From assembly GCA_014727925.1 (NCBI GenBank), contig WJMN01000047.1, forward strand, positions 41,833 to 105,832: a stretch of DNA of 64,000 nucleotides, given 5' to 3'. Below the pieces are notes generated by a model. It was not told the DNA's origin. It worked only from the letters and a program-made list of their open reading frames with translations, and ran no database searches. Every line of letters starts with the position of its first letter. Within the stretch, counting starts at the first letter, position 1. This document shows, one piece after another, positions 28,101 to 36,671 of the stretch. The DNA is from Candidatus Micrarchaeota archaeon. GTDB taxonomy: Archaea > Micrarchaeota > Micrarchaeia > Anstonellales > Bilamarchaeaceae. The position numbers and the translations under genes are program-made.

Positions 28101-29369
28101 CCATTCTCCTGCGAGGAGCAGTCAACCATGGCAATAGATGGCGCAGCAGACCTCAGGCTTGCGGATGCCCCTGCCAAAACCGTGAACTGCCGCTTTGAAC
28201 TGCACAATTCCAATTTCACCGTGCAGAACCTTACTTTTGACAACGAGTTCGGGGGAATCCGGGTTTCCCTGGACAACAGTTCCCTCCATGTAAATGATAT
28301 GCCCGAGCCAATAAACCTGACAACATATGGGCAGCTTACAGATGTTGTAATATGGAACCTGGATACCTCACTGCTTTCTGGTCCCCTGGTAGTTTCAGAT
28401 GAAGGGATATACATTGAAACAGGGATGGCTTCTGTTAACAAGACTGCACCAGGAGCAAATATGAGCGAGATTTCAGACCTTTTCAACATTTCCCTGATAT
28501 ATAATAATGTCGGGGAGTGGGACGGCAGCATAACATATTATGGCAATTTCACCCGCAACAGGACACATGCAATGCAGAGTGGAATTGAGTGCCCCGCAGA
28601 CCGCTGCCAGAATGTAGTGTTTGACCGCTCTGCCCACACAATCCGGGTAGATATTTCCAATTTTTCTACATATGTGGTCAATTACACTGAATATGAAGAT
28701 GAGGATGAAGAAGAGGATGACGATGGCCCAGATGATGTAGATTATCAGCTTGAGGTCGAAGGCGCATGCGCAGGCTCTGCAGTAAATTTCACTGCAAGCC
28801 GCTCCGGGCTTGGCACAAGCGGAATCACAATCCGGGTTTATGGCCCAGACAACCAATCCCTGTTTTATGGCCATGATGAAACAGGAAGCCATGGCCGCGC
28901 TTCATTCACCCCCACATTTCCCGGAACATATTACTACTCAGCAGGCGCAGCAGGTTATACGGAAAAAACAGGCAGCATTGAGATACTAAACTGCACCACC
29001 CCCTCCGGGGAAGCCCCTCCTGCCGAGCCAATTCCTGAAGAGGAGCCTCCAGCAGGCACTCCTTCAAAGGAAGAATGCTATTTAGATGCTGATTGCCCGG
29101 CAGGCCATTGGTGCATAGAAAATGAGTGCGTGCTTGCAATTGAGCCTACTGAGGAAGGCCCGGGCCCCGAAATAACCCCGCCTTCCCAGGCCCAGGAGGT
29201 TCCGTCTGTGGCAGAGCCCAAAGAAGAGGCTGGGGAAACCCCTCCATGTTGTCTCGTGGGCATCTGCCTTGAAGTGCTGGGAGTATGCTGGTACTATTGG
29301 GTTGCAGGGCTGGCGATTCTTGGCCTTTTTGTCATTATTTACATCAATTATCCGGGCAAAAAGAGATAG
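25149..29369 (+). CDS. Large N-glycosylated cell-surface protein (S-layer/adhesin candidate) with C-terminal TM anchor
   Basis: 1406 aa. N-terminal signal/anchor (LTVLLAVFFFIFGCIIIP), dozens of N-x-S/T sequons, acidic run EDEDEEEDDDGPDD, Pro/Glu/Thr-rich stalk, then C-terminal hydrophobic helix CWYYWVAGLAILGLFVIIYINYPGKKR (PGF-CTERM-like topology without the PGF tripeptide). Confidence 0.7.
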   Translation: MSSHSKKGSFSFRRFDELTVLLAVFFFIFGCIIIPEPPIPVELNKFSDLSTSKELQFESPPESQSFHLNISRYATVGNSSIPAEGNPGVVQNFSMRICPIEHMGSNVSNLTMHWPGGESYMFYPGTLDSCEEVSINASGFNSYLSVHQAPTITGMLSKISSGENVSMEWGISMKNPKMKDVDDPVTYQFMIIEPSIPENLIEQLIAATGTALPPGFDLLTDARLSGVSYTCYGWDQVRETTSPSAAYPIQVSVPGMNLSALIPDLTIPNGTVVMNASVFEMDCPAYGTPGKYRSEVRRLQLNLNNYTGPVPSASFSDDFNSPSLNPAWVFEYAGTPSVLGWYVDNSTQSTVELYSEGNASGSSAYYYRNHTIDSSGGAFVLEANISTAGEPPINMSMPLPEGAGMVAFTTNHSYPGPMASAGTQLRSFIAFGNNATLIGCPDGTRASIIPTSSGYHTFRINITNDTATYAVDGAQVFQCTNHTSAELYPMFSSDFLTDGFMGNISVDWINITAYSGGPGTWSEEWSEFDHFDSPLDTGKWLMRNVSVPKQIPYYSYQPSLSKIDLYSYNTDENDNSTGILMYYNESFAPPTSNESGIYFTTSVYFNESNPAAAPGFMFMNDTVSPAGFSELEDNYRGGIIYSNGYIVLTCPNTSKTYAANLSQLSYIMGWGEPTGWHQLGYYSTNDTTAFFYDDMPMPLNCSPHNESVYIAITSDPTTDLTEGNGSVRWFEAYSVEYEENYYGEKWFDLGLLSYMGYINRSMYSDVIVFDADSEGNYYDREFEFEVTSDTPGRLQMDALNITYGSLISYGPGGTAPTTTLDPDSDFSWFAINSEIDNSHMRLNSFAYNSTLTDSELIMARADCVNITDSRLLFSGAVYNTEEKHLGELGGLLEDLNMTSCDGVVENSELEFVFLIGGNAFNSELKTLPAIIATDFYDATMDNLTLYRGRMVINGTRAPDMFQDELDLGDFMGIGLSTFEDNTTLPFSCEEQSTMAIDGAADLRLADAPAKTVNCRFELHNSNFTVQNLTFDNEFGGIRVSLDNSSLHVNDMPEPINLTTYGQLTDVVIWNLDTSLLSGPLVVSDEGIYIETGMASVNKTAPGANMSEISDLFNISLIYNNVGEWDGSITYYGNFTRNRTHAMQSGIECPADRCQNVVFDRSAHTIRVDISNFSTYVVNYTEYEDEDEEEDDDGPDDVDYQLEVEGACAGSAVNFTASRSGLGTSGITIRVYGPDNQSLFYGHDETGSHGRASFTPTFPGTYYYSAGAAGYTEKTGSIEILNCTTPSGEAPPAEPIPEEEPPAGTPSKEECYLDADCPAGHWCIENECVLAIEPTEEGPGPEITPPSQAQEVPSVAEPKEEAGETPPCCLVGICLEVLGVCWYYWVAGLAILGLFVIIYINYPGKKR

Positions 29370-29395
29370 CCCAGAAACCATCCGGAGGTCTCCAG

Positions 29396-30379
29396 ATGAA
29401 TGTGCAGGAATATTCTAATATCAAGCGGAGAAAGATAGACGATTGCCTGCTTTCAAAAATCCCCAGTGAACCTGAACACATCTATTCCATGCTCCGGGAA
29501 TTTATTTTCCGGGGGGGCAAGCGCATCCGCCCAACGCTTACCCTTGCATGCGCAGAAGCCGCGGGAGGCTCGGAATCTGATGCAATGGACTATGCAGTTG
29601 CAGTTGAGCTTTTCCATAATTTTACCCTGATTCATGATGATGTGGAGGACAATTCTTCCCTGCGCAGGGGCAAGCCAACCATTAATGCAGAATATGGAAT
29701 CCCTACTGCAGTAAATGCAGGGGATGCTCTCTACCGGGCAATGTGGTCAGCTGTGCTCTCAAGCAGCGACCCTCCGGATAAGCGACTGGAAGCACTCAGG
29801 ATAATGGTTGACGGGTTTTCTTCTGTTGTTGAGGCACAGGGCACCGAGCTGTTCTGGCAGCGCAACCGCAATTTTTCTGTTTCCGAAGAGGAATATCTCC
29901 GGATGGCATCAGGAAAGACAGGGGAACTTATCGGCCTTGCATGCAAGATGGGTGCATTTTCCGCCGATGCTCCCGAGGAGCTCCAGCTTTCTCTGCAGGA
30001 ATTCGGAAGGAAAATCGGTCTTGCCTTCCAGATAAAGGACGATGTTCTCAACCTGGTTTCCAATGCGGATAAATACAATAAAGAGCCAGGAGAAGACATA
30101 AGGGAAGGAAAGCCAACACTTGTGGCTCTCAAGCTTCTTTTTTCCCTTCCGGAAAACGAGAAGAATGAAGTTCTGCAAATTCTGGGAAAGCATGGAAATT
30201 CCAAAGAAGAGGTTTCCCGCGTCCTCTTTCTTGCAAAAGAGCACGGCTCAATTGATTACGCAAACACAGCTTGCGAGCGCCTCCTTTCCGAGGCAAAATC
30301 CTGCCTTTCTGTTCTCTCCCCCGAAAAGCGCTCCCTTTTTTCCGGCATGGCTGATTATGCAATAAGGAGGGAGGAGTAG
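29396..30379 (+). CDS. Geranylgeranyl diphosphate synthase (short-chain trans-prenyltransferase)
   Basis: First DDxxD (LIHDDVEDN) with the RRG downstream, second DDxxD (FQIKDDVLN). The start was moved to the ATG at 29396 after the stop of the upstream gene. Confidence 0.85.
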   Translation: MNVQEYSNIKRRKIDDCLLSKIPSEPEHIYSMLREFIFRGGKRIRPTLTLACAEAAGGSESDAMDYAVAVELFHNFTLIHDDVEDNSSLRRGKPTINAEYGIPTAVNAGDALYRAMWSAVLSSSDPPDKRLEALRIMVDGFSSVVEAQGTELFWQRNRNFSVSEEEYLRMASGKTGELIGLACKMGAFSADAPEELQLSLQEFGRKIGLAFQIKDDVLNLVSNADKYNKEPGEDIREGKPTLVALKLLFSLPENEKNEVLQILGKHGNSKEEVSRVLFLAKEHGSIDYANTACERLLSEAKSCLSVLSPEKRSLFSGMADYAIRREE

Positions 30380-31284
30380 TGCTGGAAAAGCTCAAGAAGG
30401 CAATCTCCATAAGCCGCCCTGTTTTCTGGCTTGGGCCCATGCTTGTTTACCTCGCAGGATTGTTTATGGCTGGGATTCCCCGCGGCCCCCTTGAAACGGT
30501 TGAAATGCTTCTCCTCACATTTCCCTTCGCATTCATAATTTACGGGCTAAACGACATATATGATAATGAGGTGGACAAAAGCAGCCCGCGCAAGGGAGGC
30601 ATGTGGGGCGCAAGACTGGAAAAGAAGGACATCCCATGGGTAAAACATCTCATAATTTTCTTCTCAATTGCAATAATCTTTACTTCCGCCCTCTCCTTCC
30701 AGCCCCTGCATTTCGCATTCTCTTTCCTTATGGTTGCTGTTCCCTACCTATATTCTGCGCCCCCTTTCCGCTTCAAGGCCCGCCCGTTTTGGGATTCTTT
30801 TCTCAGCGGCGGCTATGGAGTCGGCCCATTTATGTTCGCTTATACGCTTTCAGGGGAATTCTTCCCATACCCTGAGCTTTTTGTTGTTTCTGCAGGATTT
30901 TCCGCAATCCATGCAATTGCCACGATAATGGACTACAGGGAGGACAGGAACTCGGGCATAAACACCTTCGCAGTTGGATATGGCCCGGCTGCCCCCGCAC
31001 TTTTCGTACTCCTTGTTTGCATCGTGAATTTCATATATTCCTGGGGCTTTTCATACATTATTTCCGCAGGCATTGGCCTTGCAGGAATTCTGTCTGCATG
31101 GCTTGCATTCTGCCCCACCCCAAAAAATGCAAAAACAGTTTTCAAACTCCTCATTGCTTATGTATTTTTCTGGCTGTTTTACTTCTTCCTTAAGTATTTC
31201 GTGCTGGGCCCATGGTTTGCAGACTATTCAGAAATGGAGTTCCGCACAATTCTCCCCGAAGTTCTTGAGTATGTACGACAGTAG
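30379..31284 (+). CDS. UbiA-family prenyltransferase, probable digeranylgeranylglyceryl phosphate (DGGGP) synthase
   Basis: About 8 TM helices, NDIYDNEVD (NDxxDxxxD) motif, second Asp-rich motif DYREDRNSG. Translationally coupled to the GGPP synthase (overlapping stop/start). Confidence 0.6.
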   Translation: MLEKLKKAISISRPVFWLGPMLVYLAGLFMAGIPRGPLETVEMLLLTFPFAFIIYGLNDIYDNEVDKSSPRKGGMWGARLEKKDIPWVKHLIIFFSIAIIFTSALSFQPLHFAFSFLMVAVPYLYSAPPFRFKARPFWDSFLSGGYGVGPFMFAYTLSGEFFPYPELFVVSAGFSAIHAIATIMDYREDRNSGINTFAVGYGPAAPALFVLLVCIVNFIYSWGFSYIISAGIGLAGILSAWLAFCPTPKNAKTVFKLLIAYVFFWLFYFFLKYFVLGPWFADYSEMEFRTILPEVLEYVRQ

Positions 31285-31288
31285 CCCC

Positions 31289-32359
31289 TCATTTTCGTAT
31301 TTTAAAAACCCTGGTCCTTCCGCCTCCCCCTCCTAAAAACACGGCCTCAACGAGCCCCATGCTCTCCAGCTTCCCCAGGCGCATCCGCACGGTTCGCTCA
31401 TTCCTCTCCACCTTTGAATAAATTTCCCCGCTTTTTATCCCATCCTCACCTGCTCCCCTGATTATCTCCACAATCTGCTTGTCCAGCCCATCTAGGCTCT
31501 CAATTTTCTCCTTCTTCAGGCTCCCAAGCACACTTCCCTTGACTGCCTCCACATCATCAACAGTGATTTCGTCCCGCGCATCTTTTTCCGCACTTCTCCC
31601 CGCAAGCCAGAGCAAATTAAGTGCAACTCTTGCATCCCCCCCGTTTTTTGCCCCGAATCCTGAACACATCCCAACAACTTCTTCAGTATATGCTCCGGGG
31701 AAGAGCCCAATCCGCGCACGCTCCCTGACAATTTCCTTCAGCTCAGCAGGGCTATACCGCTTGAATTCCATAAACGACTGCAGCAAAGAGCTCCGCACCC
31801 GGTCATCCAGCTGAGAAAGCACGTCCCCCCTGTTTGTGATTGCAATTACCCCCACATCAATCCCGTCATTTTCTTTCATCCTAAGCAAATCATAGAATAT
31901 TTCCTGCTCTTCATCTGCAACCACGTCTGCTTCATCCAGCACAACTACCGGAACTTTTTTTGCATGCTTTAGCGCACCGACCAGTTCTGCCCTAACCTCA
32001 TCAACTGCTACCCCCCTCCTGGGTATGAATATTCCCACTTCTTCTGCAAGCCTGCTGAGTATGGAAAACCTGCTCGGGTAATTCCAGCAGTTTAGGTAAA
32101 CTGAAAAGCACCTGGAGGTGTATTCGGTTAGCTGACCCAGCACATGCTTCACTGTGCAGGTTTTTCCGGTTCCCGGAGCCCCGTAAATTACTATGCTCTG
32201 GGGTCTCCTGTTCTCTGAAATAGGGCGAAGGGCAAAGGCAAGTTCCTTGATTTCGCTTTCCCTCTTCACTATGTCCTCAGGAATGTACTCCGGCGCAAAT
32301 GCCCCTTCATTCTTGAATATCTTCCCCCCATCCCCAAGCTGCCTGAAAATGTTTGACAT
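31289..32359 (-). CDS. cdc6: Orc1/Cdc6 replication initiator
   Basis: Walker A (GAPGTGKT), Walker B (VVVLDEADV), C-terminal winged helix. 356 aa. Confidence 0.9.
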   Translation of the reverse strand: MSNIFRQLGDGGKIFKNEGAFAPEYIPEDIVKRESEIKELAFALRPISENRRPQSIVIYGAPGTGKTCTVKHVLGQLTEYTSRCFSVYLNCWNYPSRFSILSRLAEEVGIFIPRRGVAVDEVRAELVGALKHAKKVPVVVLDEADVVADEEQEIFYDLLRMKENDGIDVGVIAITNRGDVLSQLDDRVRSSLLQSFMEFKRYSPAELKEIVRERARIGLFPGAYTEEVVGMCSGFGAKNGGDARVALNLLWLAGRSAEKDARDEITVDDVEAVKGSVLGSLKKEKIESLDGLDKQIVEIIRGAGEDGIKSGEIYSKVERNERTVRMRLGKLESMGLVEAVFLGGGGGRTRVFKIRK

Positions 32360-32436
32360 TTTTTTCTACCCTGCTTAAAGGTTGTCATAATATCTTAATA
32401 AGTGTTATTGTACACGATATTTGAAGGTGGGAGGCA

Positions 32437-33207
32437 ATGGCCAAGAACAATTCGAAAATTACGGAAAACAAGAACATTCCTGTGCTCCGGGTTGCAGGGA
32501 GCTATCTGCTTCGCAACAGCCGGCAGAGCTTTTTTGATTTGTGCAAGCCCGGACCTGACAGGGCAAGGCCAATCTCTTTCACATCTGCAGTGAAGCTGAT
32601 AAAAGCGCTGCACACCCTTCCCTCAACCGATGAATCAACCATAACTGAAAAAGATGGCGGCGTGCTGCTGGAAAACCCTGCCTATTCCTGCTTTATAGAG
32701 GGCATGGAGAGAAAAGGGCTGCTTAACATACTCAGCCATGCCTGCCCCTTCTGGGTTGATGCGCTCCTTTTTGAGTATCCGCACGAAAATCGCCCTGGGA
32801 GAATGTTTTCAGAGCCTGAAGAAAGCCCCTGCAAGGGATGCTCCCTGGAACTCCCTCCAGGCTTTACACCCGGTAAAAGAGGAAGGATAATCCTTGATTC
32901 CGGCTCATGGGAATTCTCAGAACAGGGCCAGGGAGTTTACTTTAGGGCAAAGGAAGGCACAAAGCCTATTCGTGTTGGTTTCAAGAGCGCCGAGCTTTAC
33001 CTTGGTTCTGATGGAAACCTCAGCCCTGATTCTTATTTGAGCAGGAGAAAAACAGACCCGATGGTCACTATTTTTGGGTTAAGGGGAGCCGGGCTTGCCC
33101 CCATGATTGCTGCAATTACTCCAATCTCCGGCAAGCTGATAATACGCGGCTCTGCACTCCCTCCTGGCACAAAGATGGGTGCAATACTTGAGGTTCCCCG
33201 AGGCTAA
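32437..33207 (+). CDS. Hypothetical protein
   Basis: 256 aa, no recognisable motif. Confidence 0.35.
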   Translation: MAKNNSKITENKNIPVLRVAGSYLLRNSRQSFFDLCKPGPDRARPISFTSAVKLIKALHTLPSTDESTITEKDGGVLLENPAYSCFIEGMERKGLLNILSHACPFWVDALLFEYPHENRPGRMFSEPEESPCKGCSLELPPGFTPGKRGRIILDSGSWEFSEQGQGVYFRAKEGTKPIRVGFKSAELYLGSDGNLSPDSYLSRRKTDPMVTIFGLRGAGLAPMIAAITPISGKLIIRGSALPPGTKMGAILEVPRG

Positions 33208-33270
33208 TCCCCTCCGTTTTCCATATCCTGTAGGGGAAGCATCCTCCTCTTTAGTGGAACCACATCCCCT

Positions 33271-34314
33271 CTAATCATTTCTTTTTCCGTTTTTTCTCCA
33301 GTACTCATTAATATCATTTACAAAATACAGTTCTTCCCCGCATTCAGGACACTTATTGTATCCGTCAACCTTATTCTCAACAACACCAAACCCCCTTCTG
33401 CACACAACCATCTCCCCGCATTTTGGGCAGTAGGTGCTCTCGCTTTTTTCATCCATCCTGTTTCCTGAGTAGGCAAACTTCACTCCCTCATCCATTGCAA
33501 TTTCCCGTGCCTTCAAAAGTGTGTCCAGTTTTGTGCTGGGAACGTCCTCCATCTTGTTTGCAGGGTAAAACCCGATAAAGTGCAGCGGCACGTTGGGGTC
33601 CAGCTCCGCACACCATTTGCTCACTGCGCGCAAATCATCTTCGTCATCATTGTACCCCGGAACAACCAAATTTATGATTTCAATGTGCCCAATTTTGTAC
33701 AGCCCCTTTATGGTTGCAAGCACCCCCTCAAGTTCCACGTCCCCGCAAACATCCCTGTAAATCTTTTCGTTGAACCCCTTTAAATCAATCCGTGAAGCGT
33801 CAATTCTCCCCGCCATCTCAGAAATCGCTGCATCGCTCTCATATCCATTAGTTACAAATACGTTGAAGATGTCCTTCTGGTGCGCAAGCTTTGCAGTATC
33901 CAGCGCATATTCCATGAATATGGTTGGCTCAGTATAGGTATATGCAATTCCCGAAATATTGTTGGAACTGCTGTATTCAACGATTTTTTCCGGAGGCCAG
34001 TCCTCCCCCACAATCCCGGAGTATGCCTGGCTTATTTCCCAGTTTTGGCAGTACTTGCACCTGAAATTGCATCCCACCGTGGAAAAAGAAAAGCAGTCTG
34101 CCCCGGGCATAAAATGGTAAAAAGGCTTTTTTTCAACAGGGTCCACGTTCACTGCTACTGCCTTTCCATAAGGGAGCGTGTAAAGCGTCCCGTCCCTGTT
34201 TTCCCGCACATGGCAGTAGCCTGTTTCCCCAGGCTTTATCCTGCACATCCTCCTGCACAGGTAGCACTGCACATCCCCGCCCTCCTGTTTTGTATAGCAC
34301 ATTGCTTCCTTCAT
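33271..34314 (-). CDS. AmmeMemoRadiSam-system-type radical SAM enzyme
   Basis: N-terminal CYLCRRMC..GYC Cys cluster, VDPVEKKPFYHF, radical SAM motif GCNFRCKYCQNWEIS. C-terminal zinc-ribbon-like CPKCG...CPECG. Confidence 0.75.
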   Translation of the reverse strand: MKEAMCYTKQEGGDVQCYLCRRMCRIKPGETGYCHVRENRDGTLYTLPYGKAVAVNVDPVEKKPFYHFMPGADCFSFSTVGCNFRCKYCQNWEISQAYSGIVGEDWPPEKIVEYSSSNNISGIAYTYTEPTIFMEYALDTAKLAHQKDIFNVFVTNGYESDAAISEMAGRIDASRIDLKGFNEKIYRDVCGDVELEGVLATIKGLYKIGHIEIINLVVPGYNDDEDDLRAVSKWCAELDPNVPLHFIGFYPANKMEDVPSTKLDTLLKAREIAMDEGVKFAYSGNRMDEKSESTYCPKCGEMVVCRRGFGVVENKVDGYNKCPECGEELYFVNDINEYWRKNGKRND

Positions 34315-34413
34315 ATTTGCACAACTCCCTGTCTAAGTTTATATTGCTTGGGGAATGTGTCCATTTATGGTTAAAAGAGATACATTTTTAAACCTGAACG
34401 GAGTAAAAAAACC

Positions 34414-35280
34414 ATGAAAATGATGCTCCAGCCCGTGGTGGAAGACCCACATCCTCCGGATGCAGAGAAAATCATGGGCAAATTCCCAAAAAAGGCAATC
34501 CTGCTCTCACCCCATAGCAATGAGAACCCCACGACTCTCTCGGTAATGAAGAGGCTTGCAGAAAAGCTTTTGCAGCGAGGAATTGAAGTTGAGCAGTCCC
34601 ACCGGGAGGGGATGATGAAGAGGATATGGGAGCTAAGAAGCTATATTGATTCCACCAAAGAAGGCAGGGAAGGCCATTTCCCCAAGGATGCCATTTCTCT
34701 GCTCATGAGTGCAGAAGACATACTCTTCAGGCTGGATACACTATCCAGCGCATTTGACCAAAATCCCGAAGGCACTGTTGTTGCAGAGCTGCATGCAATG
34801 AATGCAAATGTTTTCACTTCTGTATATGGTGCCCAGTATTATCTTGAGGAGGGCTTTGAGAAGGTGCCTGATGCGCATGCCCTTTCAATGGGAGACCCTT
34901 TTTGGCATTTTGCTGATACCCTTTCGTTTATCAGGGAGGATTATGGATGCAAAGGGTACCACGATTCAGATTTCTCAGGATTGTTTGAAAAGTTAAAAGT
35001 CCGGTTTGGAATGGCCCTGGACAATATTGTTGAAGAGGCAAAAGGGCTCCTGGAGAAGCTTAGTTCCCACAGGTGGAAAATCCGCCTTTTTGAGTTTCCT
35101 TCATTTGAAGAGCCCCTCTCCAAGGGCCACCCTGCACACCCTGTTCTTTTCAGGAAACCAGATACTCTCCGCAGCATATCAGATTTTGAGAGAACATACG
35201 GCGCTTGCCTCCGCCATGATGCATGCCCGGATGATTCAGAGCTGGAGGCAGTTGCCGAGATGTTTAGGGCAAGGGAGTGA
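34414..35280 (+). CDS. Hypothetical protein
   Basis: 288 aa, no recognisable motif. Confidence 0.35.
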   Translation: MKMMLQPVVEDPHPPDAEKIMGKFPKKAILLSPHSNENPTTLSVMKRLAEKLLQRGIEVEQSHREGMMKRIWELRSYIDSTKEGREGHFPKDAISLLMSAEDILFRLDTLSSAFDQNPEGTVVAELHAMNANVFTSVYGAQYYLEEGFEKVPDAHALSMGDPFWHFADTLSFIREDYGCKGYHDSDFSGLFEKLKVRFGMALDNIVEEAKGLLEKLSSHRWKIRLFEFPSFEEPLSKGHPAHPVLFRKPDTLRSISDFERTYGACLRHDACPDDSELEAVAEMFRARE

Positions 35281-35318
35281 CCCAGCATTTTTTTAATCCT
35301 TAAGCCCTGATTTTCCAC

Positions 35319-36629
35319 ATGAAGATTATCCCCAGCCCTCCCCGGGCAACCTGGTCTAGGCACTGGGTTTTCATTTTGGCATGCATCGGATCCGCGGTTG
35401 GGCTCGGGAATATCTGGAGGTTCCCCTACATTACAGGGCTGCACGGGGGCGGCTCTTTTCTTGTCCTTTACCTGGCAGCGGTGCTTTTTGTGGGTATTCC
35501 TGCACTGCTTGTTGAGCTTACCGCGGGCAAGGCCCTGAGGGCTGAGGCAGTCAATGCTTTTAGGAAGATGCTCAGGGACAAATGGTGGGTTTCAGCCCTT
35601 CCCCTTGCCCTATGCCTCCTCATACTCTCATATTACTTAGTGATAATGGGCTGGACGCTTTTCTACGCATTTTTCTCACTTGGTGGAAACCACATTCCAT
35701 TTTCCGAGGCAGCATCAGGGTGGGCCCTTCCACTTGCAGGGATTGCCTGCCTGGCGCTGGTTGAGCTTGTTTCCAGGATGGACATAAAGGATGGGCTAGA
35801 AAAGGTCAATATCTATCTTTTCCCAATTTTCTTTGGCTCCCTTGTTTTTATTCTCCTGCATTCTCTCACTCTTCCCGGCTTTTCCGAAGCGGTTTCATAT
35901 CTTACTACTATCAATATGGGTGAGGTAACTTCTCCCCTGAATATAATCAATGCAATAACCCAGGCTGTTTTTTCGCTTTCTGTAGGCATGGCGGTGATGC
36001 TCACCTACGGCAGCTATCTCGGAAAAAAAGCAGATGTGTTTCATTCCTCCCTTGCAATTGCGGTTTCTGATGCCGCCATTGCAATAACCGGGGCCCTGGT
36101 GATTTTCACAATCAGCTTCACATTTTCCATCCCGGTTTCCTCCGGGCCCCAGCTTGCATTTGAATCTCTTCCCCTTGCCTTCCTTTCGCTAGAGTATGGG
36201 GAATTCCTGATGCCACTGTTCTTCATACTGCTCCTGAGTGCAGCAATAACTTCTGCGGTTTCCCTTTCTGAAACTCTTGTGGATAACCTTAAAATCAAGA
36301 CCGGCTCCCGCAGAACAGCAAGCGGAGCAATGCTTCTCCTGCTCCTGGTCTTTTTTATTCCCTCTGCGCTAAGCTATAGTCCCCTTGCCGCAGATTTCAC
36401 ACTCAATGGCATCCCCTTCCTTGAGTTCATGGATGCAGAGATTGTAGGCCGCCTCGCCCCCTTGGTGGTTGTTGCAACAATAGTTTCAATTACCTGGGGC
36501 TGGAATGGCTGCCGCAGAGAGCTCCGGAAGGCCCTTCCCGGTTTCCTGGTTTCCCCCGTTTACCTGATGGCAAAATATATTGTCCCTGTCGCAATACTCA
36601 CCCTGCAGGTTCTCGGGTTTTTCTCCTGA
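35319..36629 (+). CDS. Sodium-dependent transporter, NSS/SNF (LeuT-like) family
   Basis: WVFILACIGSAVGLGNIWRFPY...GGGSFLVLYL signature of the neurotransmitter:sodium symporter family. About 11-12 TM helices. Confidence 0.88.
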   Translation: MKIIPSPPRATWSRHWVFILACIGSAVGLGNIWRFPYITGLHGGGSFLVLYLAAVLFVGIPALLVELTAGKALRAEAVNAFRKMLRDKWWVSALPLALCLLILSYYLVIMGWTLFYAFFSLGGNHIPFSEAASGWALPLAGIACLALVELVSRMDIKDGLEKVNIYLFPIFFGSLVFILLHSLTLPGFSEAVSYLTTINMGEVTSPLNIINAITQAVFSLSVGMAVMLTYGSYLGKKADVFHSSLAIAVSDAAIAITGALVIFTISFTFSIPVSSGPQLAFESLPLAFLSLEYGEFLMPLFFILLLSAAITSAVSLSETLVDNLKIKTGSRRTASGAMLLLLLVFFIPSALSYSPLAADFTLNGIPFLEFMDAEIVGRLAPLVVVATIVSITWGWNGCRRELRKALPGFLVSPVYLMAKYIVPVAILTLQVLGFFS

Positions 36630-36671
36630 AGGCAACGAAAACTTTATATTATTCCTTTTTGATACCGCCTC

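Noticed and set aside
32360-32436. Possible replication origin next to cdc6
   Set aside because: The region is only 77 bp, with no ORB or mini-ORB inverted repeats and no extended AT-rich unwinding element.
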